From the NCBI GenBank assembly GCA_013265495.1, contig MU058384.1, positions 3,013,010-3,077,009 on the forward strand: 64,000 nucleotides of DNA, written 5' to 3'. The notes below the pieces were generated by a model that saw only the letters and a program-made list of their open reading frames with translations, did no database searches and was not told where the DNA came from. Both the position numbers and the translations under genes were made by a program. The DNA comes from Vicugna vicugna (Eukaryota). Numbering within the stretch: position 1 is the stretch's first letter; the number at the start of each line of letters is the position of its first letter. Positions 1 through 11,891 of the stretch are shown in pieces.

Positions 1-313
1 TTCTTATGCTGAATTATTAAAAAAAAAAAAACAGGTTACCTCTGTAATATTCTTAAAAAAAGGGCAGGGGAGATTCTGAGCACAATTACAAGTTACACAA
101 GGCAGATGATAAGAGTTGGAAATGACCAAGAAGTCTGTTAAGTAGAAAAACTCCCGTTTAAGTCCTAACCTTCCCATTGTGCCAGGTCTGAGGCATCCCC
201 AGAAATAGCAGCGGGTCCTGGAAGCCACCGTCACAGGCTAAGTAGGACGTGCAAGCGGGAGGAAGCAGGGATGAGGTGGCCGGCTGTGCCTCATCCCTTT
301 TGGATACCCTTAC

Positions 314-378
314 GCACACAGGAAGTAACGGCCAGGACCGCCATCCTTTAGGACAAAGGATGATGATGTGAAAAGCAT
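314..378 (-). CDS. Candidate 65-nt exon of unidentified minus-strand gene
   Basis: Reverse complement: cctttatattttag|ATGCTTTT...CCTGTGTGC|gtaagg; open in phase 1 as (D)AFHIIILCPKGWRSWPLLPVC. Confidence 0.35.
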
Positions 379-452
379 CTAAAATATAAAGGATCTCAAA
401 TAATCATCCCTAAGTCATGTAAACTGCCCATCTAATGGAAAATTCGATTTAC

Positions 453-508
453 TATTTGAGCTCCAACATTTCATCATCTCATTTCCTTGCTGTATATCCC
501 CTTCTGTC
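453..508 (-). CDS. Candidate 56-nt exon
   Basis: cctcactctcacag|GACAGAAGG...CTCAAATA|gtaaat; 74-nt intron to the 314-378 unit; open only with phase-2 entry (TEGDIQQGNEMMKCWSSN). Confidence 0.3.
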
Positions 509-1198
509 CTGTGAGAGTGAGGCACACTTTCTCTTCCCACCCAGTACCCCCCTACCCTCCGTCATTAGGACCCCAAGATCGGCCTGATGGTCCTTCCCTC
601 AGGGACACAGCAGCAGGTTTTTTAGGGCCTCTTTTTGACATGGCTTAACAAAATTTTGGACCGGCCCTAAATCTAGCTTAAACAGAGAAAGGGAAGGTCT
701 TTGAAAAGAGTTATTTTTGTTTGGTTTCCTTTTTTCCAAAAACAGAACACATCAAGGCAGGCTAAACAATGGACTTAAATGTCCCTTTGAGATCATGTTC
801 ATTCTGATTATATCAAAAGTGCCTGCTTAAGCCCTCCCTTTGATGCTGGTGTTTGCACATGTAATATCTTTCAGTTTTGAGTATTCTTGAGCTATTCTTA
901 TCCATAATTTCATCAACCATTTTTTAACTTACATTTCCCTTATGTTTTGGAACATCGTTCATTAAACATTAAGTAAGTTTATAATAAATTAAAGGTTTTG
1001 AGGCTTTCTTTATAAGTTCACTGTTTTAATTGCTTTTTCTTTATATGCATCTTTTTAGAATTTTTGGAGTATTGTTACAAAAATTACTTCTGAAAGATAT
1101 AGTATCCAAGGCAGTAGCACCTAATACATTTCAGTATCTGAATCAATGTAAAGTAATTTTCTGGATTATTTCCCTCTTGCTCCTTTGAGAACTGACTG

Positions 1199-1275
1199 CA
1201 GGTAGTCCTTGCTCTGCACGTGCCCTGTTAGCTGAAACGCCTTTGTATCAGAACCATGCAAAGCGAGGACTGCTG
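1199..1275. mobile_element. Tigger-type MITE (hairpin, ~77 bp)
   Basis: Terminal inverted repeats caggtagtccttgctctgca / tgcaaagcgaggactgctg, followed by TA. Confidence 0.7.
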
Positions 1276-1345
1276 TATGCCTTTATTTTTTTAACCTTGT
1301 CAGGATTCAACCATCATTTTTAGAAGACTAGAATACCTTTGTATT

Positions 1346-1893
1346 CTTTTTTTGGTATATATATATTTTTCTTTTAAAAATTGAAGTATAGTCAGTTTAC
1401 AATGTTGTGTCAATTTTGGGTGTACAGCATAAAGCTTCAGTCATATGTAAACATACATATATTCATTTTCATATTCTTTCTCACCATAGTTACCACAAGA
1501 AATTGAATATGATTCCCTGTGCTATATAATATGAACTTACTGTTTATCTATTTTATATATATTAGCTAGTATCTGCAAGTCTCGAACTCCCAGTTTATCC
1601 CTTCCCACCCCCTTTCCCCCAGGTAACCGTAAGTTTGTTTTCTATGTCTGTGAGTCTGTTTCTGTTTTGTAAATAAGTTCAACTGTCTTTTTTTTTCTTT
1701 AAGGATTCTACATATAAGTGATACCATATGGTATTTTTCTTTCTCTTTCTGGCTTACTTCACTTAGAGTAACATTCTCCAGGTCCTTCCATGTTCTTGCA
1801 AATGACATTATTTTATTCATTTTTATGGCTGAGTAGTATTCCATTGTATAAATATACCACAACTTCTTTATCCAGTCATCTGTCAATGGACAT
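1346..1893 (-). mobile_element. 5'-truncated L1 (ORF2 C-terminus + 3'UTR)
   Basis: ORF 1566-1886 WIKKLWYIYTMEYYSAIK matches the L1 ORF2 end; T-rich tail on left; 17-bp TSD tagaatacctttgtatt at 1329-1345 and 1894-1910. Confidence 0.95.
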
Positions 1894-2301
1894 TAGAATA
1901 CCTTTGTATTTTGATAGTGGGTGCATTTTCCTCTAAAATTATTAAGAAGTTATTTAGATTGCCTTTAACAGATATCTATTTCCTCCATTAATTCAGCCTC
2001 AGGTTTCTCATGAAGTACAGGACAAACACAAAGAGCCCCTGCACAGTTCAACATGCCACCATGCAGTCTGGTGAGAATTCTGGCCCTTGGCCATGTTCTT
2101 CCCAGGGTTCATGAAAAGAGTGAGGAGAGTCCCCTAATGACCTTTTGTGTCCTCCATGGTCTTGTGGAGCCACTGATGTTGCAGCCAACTACATCCCCTG
2201 ATTACAAGGGGCCTGGTGAAGCTGTACCATGCCCCCAGGCACTCCCCACCAATAGCCTGCCAGCCGCGACAGCACTGGGCTCTGCTCTCTAGTTCTCATA
2301 C

Positions 2302-2326
2302 CCTGGCCCCTGGCAGTCTCTTCATC
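2302..2326 (-). CDS. Candidate 25-nt microexon
   Basis: tttcttttttttctcggcag|GATGAAGAGACTGCCAGGGGCCAGG|gtatga; phase 0 reads DEETARGQ. Confidence 0.4.
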
Positions 2327-2579
2327 CTGCCGAGAAAAAAAGAAAAATACTATTAGTGTAGACCTAATAGGGTTATTGAGAGGATCAAATTAAACGCCTA
2401 CAATGAACATTGCATTTCTAGGCACATAGTAAATATCCAATAAGTGTTAGCAATAAGAGTTTGCAACTATTTTGCATGCTCATAGGAGCTCATTCTGAGA
2501 CTGGTGGCCATATTCATATAAGACATTAATATTCCCTTTTCAAGAGCAATTTGATGCTTCTGTTCTAATTTGATCTGAG

Positions 2580-2822
2580 TTATTAGTTTCCTACTGCTGC
2601 ATAGGGATTACCTATAATTATAGAGGTTCTCTGTCCACTGCTTCCATAAGTGCATCTCCTTCTGTGATGATGACATTTCAGCTTCCCTTGTCTAAGGAAA
2701 CTTGTAATTACATTGGGCCCACCCAGATAATCCATGATAACCTTCCCATCTCACCATCTCTAGATCACAGGTTTTGGGAATTAGGAGTTGGGCATCACTG
2801 GGGGTCCATCATTCCATTTACC
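2580..2822 (-). mobile_element. MLT1 (MaLR) LTR fragment
   Basis: tattagtttcctactgctgc ... cttgtaattacattgggcccacccagataatcc typical of MLT1. Confidence 0.75.
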
Positions 2823-2979
2823 CTAATCCCTTTTAAGATTTCATCTGATTCACATCTTCAGTAAAAACAAAAAATGGGGTGACATTGGAATTTTGACGTC
2901 AGGTGACTCAGAACTATCAAAGCTATTTATTCCCAGGATTGTATACATATTGTCATGGATCAGAAATATCCAGACAAAG

Positions 2980-3405
2980 ACTGCGGCAGACATTATGAGT
3001 TGGTTGACCCAGCATCCTTTTCTAACACTCTTCTCCCTTTATTGCCTCTACTCAAAAGTCCACATTTCCTTGGAATGGCCACGTGACATAGTTCTTGCCA
3101 ATGAGGTATAAGTAAATTCTGTTGGGAATTTTGGGGAAACTTTGCTTGCATCATTAAAAAGGACATATGTCTTTTTTTTTTTTTTTGGATACAGACCTGA
3201 TAGTCGGAACTTCAGTAGTCATCCTATAATCATGAGGGAAAAGGGCCGGGCTAGGGACTCACAGAGACATTGACCTTGCCATTGTTAAGTTACTGAAACA
3301 ACTCTAGCAACCACCCAGCAGCTTCCTGTTACTTAAGACTAAGCAAACTCTTATGTGTTCTAGCCACTGCACTTAGGTTCTCTGTTACTTACGGTTGAAC
3401 AAATG
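2980..3405 (+). mobile_element. Old MLT1 (H/I/J-like) LTR
   Basis: ggccacgtgacatagttcttgccaatgaggtataagt and 3' end tagccactg...tctgttacttac...aac. Confidence 0.65.
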
Positions 3406-3703
3406 TAACAACAATTTAATAAATTACTTAGCCTAACCATGAGTGCCACATCTCACAAAAGCCATATGTAAGCCTGACCATAGCAGCAATACTGATAATA
3501 CTTTAATGGATAATAAACTTAAGTGATGATTAGGTAATTTTAAAACTTATTAAAGGAAAATCCCCCTCTTGAGTCAAACCAGTAACTTCACAGACCAGAA
3601 ATAAATTATTGTCTAATGTAAGCTGGCTGAGGAAATCTTGCCAAGTGTTTTTCTCTTTAAAAACATCTCCTATTTTTTATGTTTTGGCTTTGTCGCCACT
3701 TGC

Positions 3704-3720
3704 CCTTAAAAGTCTTATTT
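3704..3720 (-). CDS. Candidate 17-nt microexon (GC donor), or start of a terminal exon
   Basis: ttttttttattacag|AAATAAGACTTTTAAGG|gcaagt reads (E)IRLLR; read-through gives EIRLLRASGDKAKT* (stop at 3677-3679). Confidence 0.4.
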
Positions 3721-3817
3721 CTGTAATAAAAAAAAAGTCTCAAAAAAAGAGATATAAACACAAAAAAGTATGTTTCTGCTTCTGTTGACACTGGACTTGG
3801 TTGCCTTATTTTCTCAC

Positions 3818-3883
3818 CATTGTTTTTCCTTGGACTATTGAGTTTTGTTTCTTTCAGTTCTGAAATGTCAAGGTTTTGCATCA
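3818..3883 (-). CDS. Candidate 66-nt symmetric (phase 1-1) exon
   Basis: gtttttgcttctgcag|TGATGCAAAAC...AAACAATG|gtgaga; xMQNLDISELKETKLNSPRKNN; 97-nt intron to the next acceptor at 3721. Confidence 0.45.
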
Positions 3884-4424
3884 CTGCAGAAGCAAAAACC
3901 TTTGTTTTTAAAGCTAAAATATTCCTTTTAGAGGGGATTTCCAAAAGAACTGAATGGCACACTCAGGGGTGCAAAAAAAGGGAACCCCCTTAGCTTCTCC
4001 TGTTCCTCCAACAGCAGCCAGTTTCCCTGAAGCATTGGCTGCAGCCTGAAGGACGGTGTGTTCAAGGGAACTGCATCCTTGAAGACACTTATCATAGGCC
4101 AGAAGGCTGAGTGGTCAACAGCCTTTGTGTAGAATTACATGAAATGTGCGATGCTTAAGTGAGAACCAGGAAAAGCAGAGAGACGGTAAGAGAGAAAGGT
4201 TCAGTTGTCAATAAATCTTGACAGAAGTTTTAATTAGAAGAGAAAAATCTACAATCCAACTTAACATATGGTAGTTAAATTATGAGAAATATTACCAATT
4301 TAATTCTTTGCATTTTATAATTTCAGTGTGTTTCAGCTCCGTTTGCAGCACAGACACTTAAGAGATATTCATATATATATTTAATTTTAAGATGGCACAG
4401 ATTTTACAAGGCACCATCAATTTA

Positions 4425-4931
4425 TTTATTTGTTTGTTTGTTTATTTATTTATTTTAGATTCCATATATGAGTGATCTCATATAGTATTTTTCTTTCTCT
4501 TTCTGTCTTACTTCACTTAGAATGACATTCTCCAGGACCATCCATGTTGCTGCTAATGGCATCATGTTGTTGGTTTTTCTGGCTGAATAGTATTCCATTG
4601 TATAAATATACCACCTCTTCTTTATCCAGTCATCTGTTGATGGACATTTAGACTATTTCCATGTCTTGGCTATTGTAAATAGTGCTGCTATGAACATTGG
4701 AGGGCAGGTGTCTTTTTGAAGTAGGGTTCCTTCTGGATATATGTTCAGGAGCGGGATTTCTGGGTCATATGGTAAGTCTATTCCTAGTCTTTTGAGGAAT
4801 CTCCATTCTGTTTTCCATAGTGGCTGCACCAAACTGCATTGCTACCAGCAGTGTAGGAGGGTTCCCTTTTGTCCACAGCCTCTCCAGCATTTGTCATTTG
4901 TGGACTTTTGAATGATGGCCATTCTGACTGG
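4425..4931 (-). mobile_element. Young L1 fragment lacking the distal 3'UTR
   Basis: Near-identical to 12230-12705; 17-bp TSD aaggcaccatcaattta at 4408-4424 and 4932-4948; (TTTA/TTTG)n tail. Confidence 0.95.
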
Positions 4932-5304
4932 AAGGCACCATCAATTTAAATACAACTTTTTTTTCTTTTCTTTTTTTGTGAAGGAAAAAAGCAAACCACA
5001 TTAAATGGACAAATCAATTCTTACACAGCCTAATTTCAGAAAGATTTCGAGTATGAAAAGGGAGAATTTCAGTTCTGGCTGCCCTGCCAGAGAGATCTAA
5101 GCTCAGAGTCTTTGTTTTTGAATGAGAGCTCTGATGGGGGAGGGGTGGGGTGGGGTTGGCAGTGGTTGGCGAGGGCTGCTTGTGAGAAATGCTAAGAGAA
5201 TTATGAGAAAAGAAAGATCAGGTCTCAACTTGGTCAATATTTACAACCAATTTAGGACTTGAGTGTTTTCAGAGAACCAGAAGTTGTTCCTGAGTAGATT
5301 TTAC

Positions 5305-5316
5305 TTGTCCTGGTTT
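5305..5316 (-). other. Candidate 12-nt microexon
   Basis: ctgtttatcttcacag|AAACCAGGACAA|gtaaaa. Confidence 0.25.
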
Positions 5317-6154
5317 CTGTGAAGATAAACAGATTCTGCCCTTGACAATACTGTGAAAAGAAGAGACTCATTAGAGCTTATGGGAAAACACTCAGGAAAA
5401 TCAGGAATGAGAGCTGTGTGTGCTGTGACGGGCACAGTGTGTGAGCTCGCTGGCCCTGCAATAGTCTCTTCTGCAAAATGAGCACGAAGAGGCTGTTGCT
5501 CTCCCACAAAGTATCCGAGCCATCGGAAACACAGAACTGTATTTTGTTGGGATTATTCAGTGAATTTGGGGCAAGGGTGAGATGGGGGGGGTTTCCTCGG
5601 TTTTAAGCAGAGTGGCTTCAGGTCCTTGGCTGGCATAATGGGGCCAAAGTGCGGAGCAGCACTGGGGGCAGGGACTGGCACCTACCACCCACTAGCAATG
5701 TTTAAGCTTCTTAATGCCAGCCCTCTGGACAAAGAGCCTGGGAGAGGAATGAGGGCAAATCCACCACAGACCACAAGACCACATGGAGGCTGAGGGTACA
5801 GAAGCACCTTCTCTCTCAGATCTGCACGACAGATGGCGAAAGCCAAGTGGTCAGTTAGCCTCTGCCGTTGGGCCTTAGCTCTCTGTCCGTTCCTGTGTTC
5901 CTGTCCGGTATGAGGCACTAATAAGCGTCACCAACTCGATCAAATCTACCTCAAATGCAAATGGAATGAATCTTAAAATACTGAAAGAATTCCGGAGAAT
6001 AAAAATCTATCATAAAACAAATTGACCCCAGTGTCCATGTGCAATGCAGTTAACAATGATCACGTGCTTTCTACTTGCACTTAAACAGACTTAGGAACAA
6101 TCTCTTAGAATCTAACTGAGTCATAAGAACAAGAGGGTTTTTTTCTCATTCTAG

Positions 6155-6400
6155 AATGATGTTTTTCCAAATGTAGGTCACAACTCATAAGTGGGTCTTA
6201 AAATTAATGAGTGGATCATGACTAGCATCTTTCTTTCTAATGAAATAAAGTAGAATTCAAGATATCAGACTGAATCACACAAAGCAAGTTTTGTGGGACT
6301 TTGTAGTTGTGTGTGTGTGTGTGTGTGTCTGTGTGCTGGAGCATGATATGGAACATATTTCTTACTGTGGGTAGCTGTCAATGAAAGTTTAAAAAACAAT
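6155..6400. mobile_element. hAT-Charlie (MER112/113-like) relic containing (GT)n at 6308-6328
   Basis: Ends tttttccaaatgtaggtcac ... aaagtttaaaaaac resemble the Charlie-derived consensus. Confidence 0.5.
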
Positions 6401-6448
6401 CCTGGTGAGACATTTGGTGAGACTTCCAGAAAATCTGGGGCAAGCTTT

Positions 6449-6547
6449 GTGTTATGGATTGAACTGTGTTCCTCAAAAACATACGTTGAAGTCCTAACCT
6501 CCAAGACTTGGGAATGTGACCTTCTTTGGATATAGCCTCTTTGCAGA
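6449..6547 (+). mobile_element. MLT1 LTR 5' fragment
   Basis: tgttatggattgaactgtgttcctcaaaaacatacgttgaagtcctaacc. Confidence 0.8.
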
Positions 6548-6549
6548 CC

Positions 6550-7076
6550 TGACATAGGCTGATGCATTAGGGACCAATTTAAACATAATATGAATTTCAT
6601 GTTTGCTTACGTGTGATTTATTCTGGAAGAAAAACTAAATGAAAGCATTAAACTGCACCCCACTGAACCACACAATATAGGAAAACTCAGAATACTCACA
6701 AGAACACACCTCAGCGTCTACCCAAGATTATCGTGTGTTAGGAGCCACAATCATCCACATCTCTTGTTACAAATCCCCTGACCAATTCCAGACAACTTTC
6801 CTTCCACCACTTCAGACAAACTCACATGTTGCAACCTTTCTAGGCTTTGTCAAGGTGAAGTATCATGTTAATTTTAGTATTTATGCATTTCTTAACCATT
6901 GAAAATGTGTGAAATGGGACTACTGTTTTTGTAAAGATCTCTTTTTCTTTACGTGTCACTCTTGACATTTTTGAGTGTTGTGCCCCAATCACATCTTTCA
7001 CATGAGCCCTGAGGTTGCCATTGTGTGATTTTGCCAGGCACAGTGAATTTTAGGAATGACAGCAGAAGTGACTGCA
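6550..7076 (+). mobile_element. Tigger13-like DNA transposon fragment
   Basis: 3' part ttttgagtgttgtgcccc...gattttgc...ttttaggaatg...agcagaagtgactg resembles the Tigger13a end. Confidence 0.55.
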
Positions 7077-7450
7077 TGGTATTCAAAACCATGATACTGG
7101 TTGAGATCATCCAATGGGTAGATACAGAAGAGGCCACGGTTGAGTCCAGAGGCACTACAAACTTCCCAGATGGAGGAGAGGAGGAGCGAACAAAGGAACA
7201 GTCTGGTGAGATCCAAGGAGACTTGGATTCTTGAACCATAGTGTTCCAGAAGCCAAGTGAAAAAAGTGTTTGAAGGAAGGCCTAATCCACTGTATCCCGT
7301 CCTAGAGACAAAGAAAGAAGAGGACTGACAGAGCAGTGACCCTGAATTTTGTAGCGTGGGGTCCTGAGTGATTGTCTTAAGTGAAGCTTGGGTAGAGTGG
7401 TGGGGATAAGCCGAATTGGAGAGAGTTTAATAGAAAAAAGGAAGAGATGA
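7077..7450 (-). mobile_element. L2 fragment (RT region)
   Basis: Reverse strand DDLNQYHGFEYH ~ L2 GDLIQSHGFKYH; gtgttccagaagccaagtg motif. Confidence 0.75.
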
Positions 7451-9051
7451 GTATATTTTTTGAGTAATCATGAAATACATTTTATTTGATTTTAGTACGT
7501 CTTTCTCAAGTAAGTGCTGTCATTGACATGCGCAGTTATGTCTTGTACAATATCTTAGAGATTGGATCTACTCACAATTTTTAAAGATTATTCTGGAGTT
7601 CCTGCCGTGTGTCTGCAGTAGGAGAGAAGCCCTGTGTTTGAGAGATCAGATGCTAGCTAGAACTGCGACAGACTTGACTGCGATTGTGATTCTGTCCATC
7701 ACTCGTTGTCTGAAGTAAGCCTCACTTTTTAGGTTCCGGGTTAATATTCCTATTTCCGTGGGTCACACCGGGATTACGTAAATGAAGTACTTCAGGGTGC
7801 GATCTGACACACAGGGTGGCCCATAAGGGTTATTATTATTATTATTTTTTTACAGTGATGACAGTAAAATTTGGCCTTGAATTTACAATGAAGTTGGGGA
7901 GATGAGACAGACACAAAAAATTAAATAAGTGTAAATCAGAATTGTCAAAGTGATCACAGAAAGCAAGACTTAAAATGCATGTTAATGGAGGAATAGCTCT
8001 GAGAAGGAATTCACTCAGTTTTACCAAATACCTGCCACCCTGCAGGATGCTGTAAGCACAGCCACTTGTTCAATCCTCATAACCGAGCTCTGAGGAGGCA
8101 TTTCTCCCCAGGTCATGGGCGAGAAGGCTGAGGCTCCAGGAGGCTCATTCTCTCGCTCCAGGTCACCAGTTAGTGGGGGAGCTGGAGCTGGACTGAGTGT
8201 GCTCCTCTCCAAAGCCCACACTTGGTGGTGGCAGAGCAGCAGAGACGCACAGGCGGGACTCTCCACTGTCCGCCAGGTGCAAACGCTACCAAGCACAGCA
8301 AAGCAAAACCGAACTGAACCCAGGGCGCGCAAAGCCTCATTTTAGCCTGAGACTTCACCTAAAGAACTACATCTAAGCAAAAAACCCAAGGGAAGCAAGT
8401 TGCACTTCTTCCTCTTGACCTACTTCCTTTAGTAGAATTAACTATGGGCCAAAACGGGTTCAAGGAAAGGCAAGGGAGATGGACAGGCAGGGGCTGATCA
8501 CGTGCCTGTCAAGGGGTGATTTGCACTCGTGGGAACACAGTCCCAGTCCACTGTGGGGATCTGCTCCCCGACCCGGCTGATCCACAGCTTTACTCCTGAG
8601 TGGGGCCTGTGCTGCTGTAGTCCTGGTTTCTGCATGGTTTTGGTTGGGATAACCACCAGGGAGGCAGGCACGCGGATGTTTAGAATGTCTCCACACTAGC
8701 TGAGCCTCTCACTCAAGCTGGTAGAGCACGGGCAGCCGAGGTCCTGCACGGCATGGTCTGAGGCGTGGCCCGAACCACTCTCCACTAATTGACTGTTAAG
8801 GGTTCTCAAAGTGCTTCCTTAAGCAGATGGGACAGGTCAACTGGAGGATGTGTGCTGGGTGGCCGGGGCCATATTAACTAATTATCAATGCTTTGGCAGA
8901 CACAGTCTCCTCACCTCCTCGCAGCTGGTAAAGGCTATGACCTCAAAGGGTAAACCTAGGGCAGGTCAGTTTTGATGGGCTGAGAGAAAACAAAACATGT
9001 TCTTGCAGACAACCTCCATGGAACCCTGACGCAGAGCCTGGATGGAGAGGA

Positions 9052-9508
9052 GTGTTCCTTTCCCAGGACTCTCACAACAAATGACCACGAACTGGGTGGC
9101 TTTAAACAACAGAAACTCATTCTCTCACATTTCTAAATGAATCTGTAAGTCTGAAGTCGAGGTGTGGGCAGGGCTGGCTCCCTCTGGGTGTTCTGAGAGC
9201 CAAGCTGTTCCATGCCCTTCTCTCTGCTTCTGGCAGCTGCTGGCACTTCTAGGTTTTCTTTGACTTGTAGACTCATTCCTCTAGTCTCTGCCTCCTCCAT
9301 CCTCACAGGCTGTGTCCCCTGTGTCTCCGTGTCTGTGTCTCTTCTTCTCTTCTTAAAAGGACACGGTTATAGTGAATTAAAGCCTCACCCTACTCCAGTG
9401 TGACCTCATCTTAATTATATCTGCAATAACTCTATTTCCATAGAAGGTCACATTCTGCGGTTCCAGGAAGGACATAAATTTGGTGGGGGACACTACCCAA
9501 CCCAGTAC
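9052..9508 (-). mobile_element. MLT1B/C-like solo LTR
   Basis: accacgaactgggtggctttaaacaacagaaa ... tgacctcatcttaattatatctgcaataactctatttcc ... caacccagtaca. Confidence 0.9.
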
Positions 9509-10685
9509 AAGAAGGGGGTATAAAGCCATTAGATGTTATTGTTTGGGGAGGGAGAATAGTGGGTTAAGGAGAGGAAGAGTCTCTGACAGCAGGATTGACA
9601 GGATGCTAGTGAAGGAGGCAGGCTTGTAACAGGAAACTGATGTCCCAAATGGGGCAGCTGAGATGTAAAAGATGGAACTGTTTACAATAGGTGGCAGGGT
9701 TAAGCCAAAGTGAACAAACAGAAAAAGCAAGCGGGTGGTGGAGAACCCGAGTTAGCCATAGCAGGGGGCCATCTTCACCCCGCCCCTACTCATCTCCTTC
9801 CCCCACCACAGGGGGCTGAGCTCCACTGCGCCTTCCACCAGCTTCTCTGTCTGCTCCGGGAGGCTTCTGCAGTCCTAGCCCGGCTTCTCTGATGTGGGGA
9901 CGTGGACAAGCTGAGGATGGAAATGGGTGGGTAGGTGCTGGTGCGCCACCCTCGAAGTAGGGGGTGTTTAAGCTGGCTGATGCCCACTCCCCTACTTCTT
10001 CCCCAACAGTCTGTCCTGTGATGTATTTCAGAAGATTCCTAGGAAGATGGAGGGGCTGAGGACTACCTGATGAGAACAGTGGCCATTTCAAGAACTCATC
10101 CTTGTTTGGGCTTTTACTTCGCGTTCACTCCCCCTGCCTCTCACTCCTGTGCTTTGAGGAATGTTCCCAAATAAACCATTGAAGTCACTGTTTAGGGAAA
10201 CTCAGGCTAGTCAACCATTCTTAAGCCAGCGGTGCAAGGGGTTTGAGGGGTTACTAGGAAGAGTTGGGGTGGGGGTGCGAGGCAGAGCCAGCTGAAGCCA
10301 AAGCAAAGGAACGGTAGTCTTAGGAGGAGGAACACAGTCCCTGCCAGCCCTCAGGCCAGCAGGCGACAGGCAGCGGAAATTCACAGCCCAAACACCGGCT
10401 CCCGCGCCCACTGTCCCCTGCCAGGACCTTCTACGTCTGACCCAGCTCCCGGAGGATGACGAAGGGAACAGCCCTGATGCGGTTCACAGAGGCCAGCCTT
10501 CCAGGGCACGGCAAGATGGAAAGCAGGACTGGAAACAAACAGAATTTTCAACACAACCGGATCTATCTATCCACCGATCAGGTTTTTCTCCTGCTGACCG
10601 TGAGTCTCTCACAATGGACTGTAGCATTGCCTCGCTTCATGAAGCCATCTTTTCAAAGCGGTGAGTGCTTCTAAGATGACGTTAC

Positions 10686-10712
10686 TTTTCTGACCACAGA
10701 GGAGTCACTTGT
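10686..10712 (-). other. Candidate 27-nt microexon
   Basis: ctgtgttgcag|ACAAGTGACTCCTCTGTGGTCAGAAAA|gtaacg; phase 0 TSDSSVVRK. Confidence 0.3.
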
Positions 10713-10794
10713 CTGCAACACAGTTTTTTTTTAAATTTATTACTGTTGAGCATACAGGTCATAATGAAGTCAGTCATCCTCTGAATTAAACAGC

Positions 10795-11000
10795 CTAGTA
10801 AGTATATTAGGAGGAGTGTGAACTTGGATTCAGAACATCTCCCAGCTGGTTCAGATCCCAGCTCTGCTACTGAAAGAATTTTGCCCTTGAGCAAGTATTG
10901 TGAGCCCTCCAAGTCTCAGTTTTCTCATCTGCAAAACAGGATTAAAATATCAATCCTACCCCACAAAACTTTTGTGAGGATTCAGTGAACTAACATGTTG
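10795..11000 (+). mobile_element. MIR SINE
   Basis: Core ccttgagcaagt...ctcagttttctcatctgcaaaacagg. Confidence 0.85.
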
Positions 11001-11231
11001 TAGATGGTGGCTATTTAAAAAAAAATTACTGCTCATTTTATTACTGCTTGCTTACAACTGCCTCAGTTTTCTGCTGACAGCCACAGATACTGATGGATGT
11101 TATTAACACATTGTACAGAATTGGATGTAAGAGTCTCAGAAATATAAAAATTTCCCTAAATATTTGAAGCTTTCTCTTAATGTTATAGTTAGATAAACTG
11201 TAATTTTTTATCATCCCTTCTGTCTTCTTAC

Positions 11232-11239
11232 CCTTAACT
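11232..11239 (-). other. Candidate 8-nt microexon
   Basis: aactctgttttacag|AGTTAAGG|gtaaga. Confidence 0.35.
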
Positions 11240-11422
11240 CTGTAAAACAGAGTTAATTGTAAGTGATGAGTGAGCTAGCTGGTCTTCAGCTGTATTCAGA
11301 CTACAGTGGTCTTTGAACTGGCTTTAAATTAAAACTGACTGCGATGATGTAGTTTGTGCTGGACTCTCAGAGACAGTTTGCCTGATCGCCAACAGTGATG
11401 AATCGCTGAGGGGGAGACTCAC

Positions 11423-11655
11423 ATTTCTGCGCTGCTGGAGGCTTTGACCTCACCTCCGAGTCCACTGGGTTGCGTTCAGGTTCACTGGAAAGTGACCTCT
11501 GCCTGGGAGCCTGGCACAGGGGACCTGTCGTGGGATGGCTCATCCTCAGCTGTGCTAGAAAGGTTTTGTGTGAACATCTGACCTCTGTGTGTTCATGAAA
11601 GAGTATGTTTTGTCTGAGGTGTAATTCATCTTCTCAAATCCAAGAATCTGTGACT
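11423..11655 (-). other. Candidate 233-nt exon
   Basis: tgttgtgtttcacag|AGTCACAG...GCAGAAAT|gtgagt; no frame is fully open; 3' part reads MSHPTTGPLCQAPRQRSLSSEPERNPVDSEVRSKPPAAQK. Confidence 0.4.
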
Positions 11656-11754
11656 CTGTGAAACACAACATATTTAGTACTTTTTTTGTTCTTTCAAGAA
11701 AATCTACCAATTTCTTTTGGAGTCATGATGCTATGTAAATAAAATCCATCTCAC

Positions 11755-11759
11755 CAGCT
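11755..11759 (-). other. Candidate 5-nt microexon
   Basis: aactgtttacag|AGCTG|gtgaga; 99-nt intron to the acceptor at 11656. Confidence 0.25.
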
Positions 11760-11891
11760 CTGTAAACAGTTTTCCCCCTTATTTTTTTCTCTTTCCAAAA
11801 TAGGATTTTTTTTGAGTCAATAGAGATACTACAAGCAAAAGAGAATTTAATAAAAAGGAAAATAAGGGTACAAATGTATGGAAATACTAGC

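Noticed and set aside
40..51. 12-nt exon-like unit (aag|AATATTACAGAG|gtaacc, minus strand)
   Set aside because: Uncommon AAG acceptor, conflicts with another acceptor 30 nt away, and lies at the window edge
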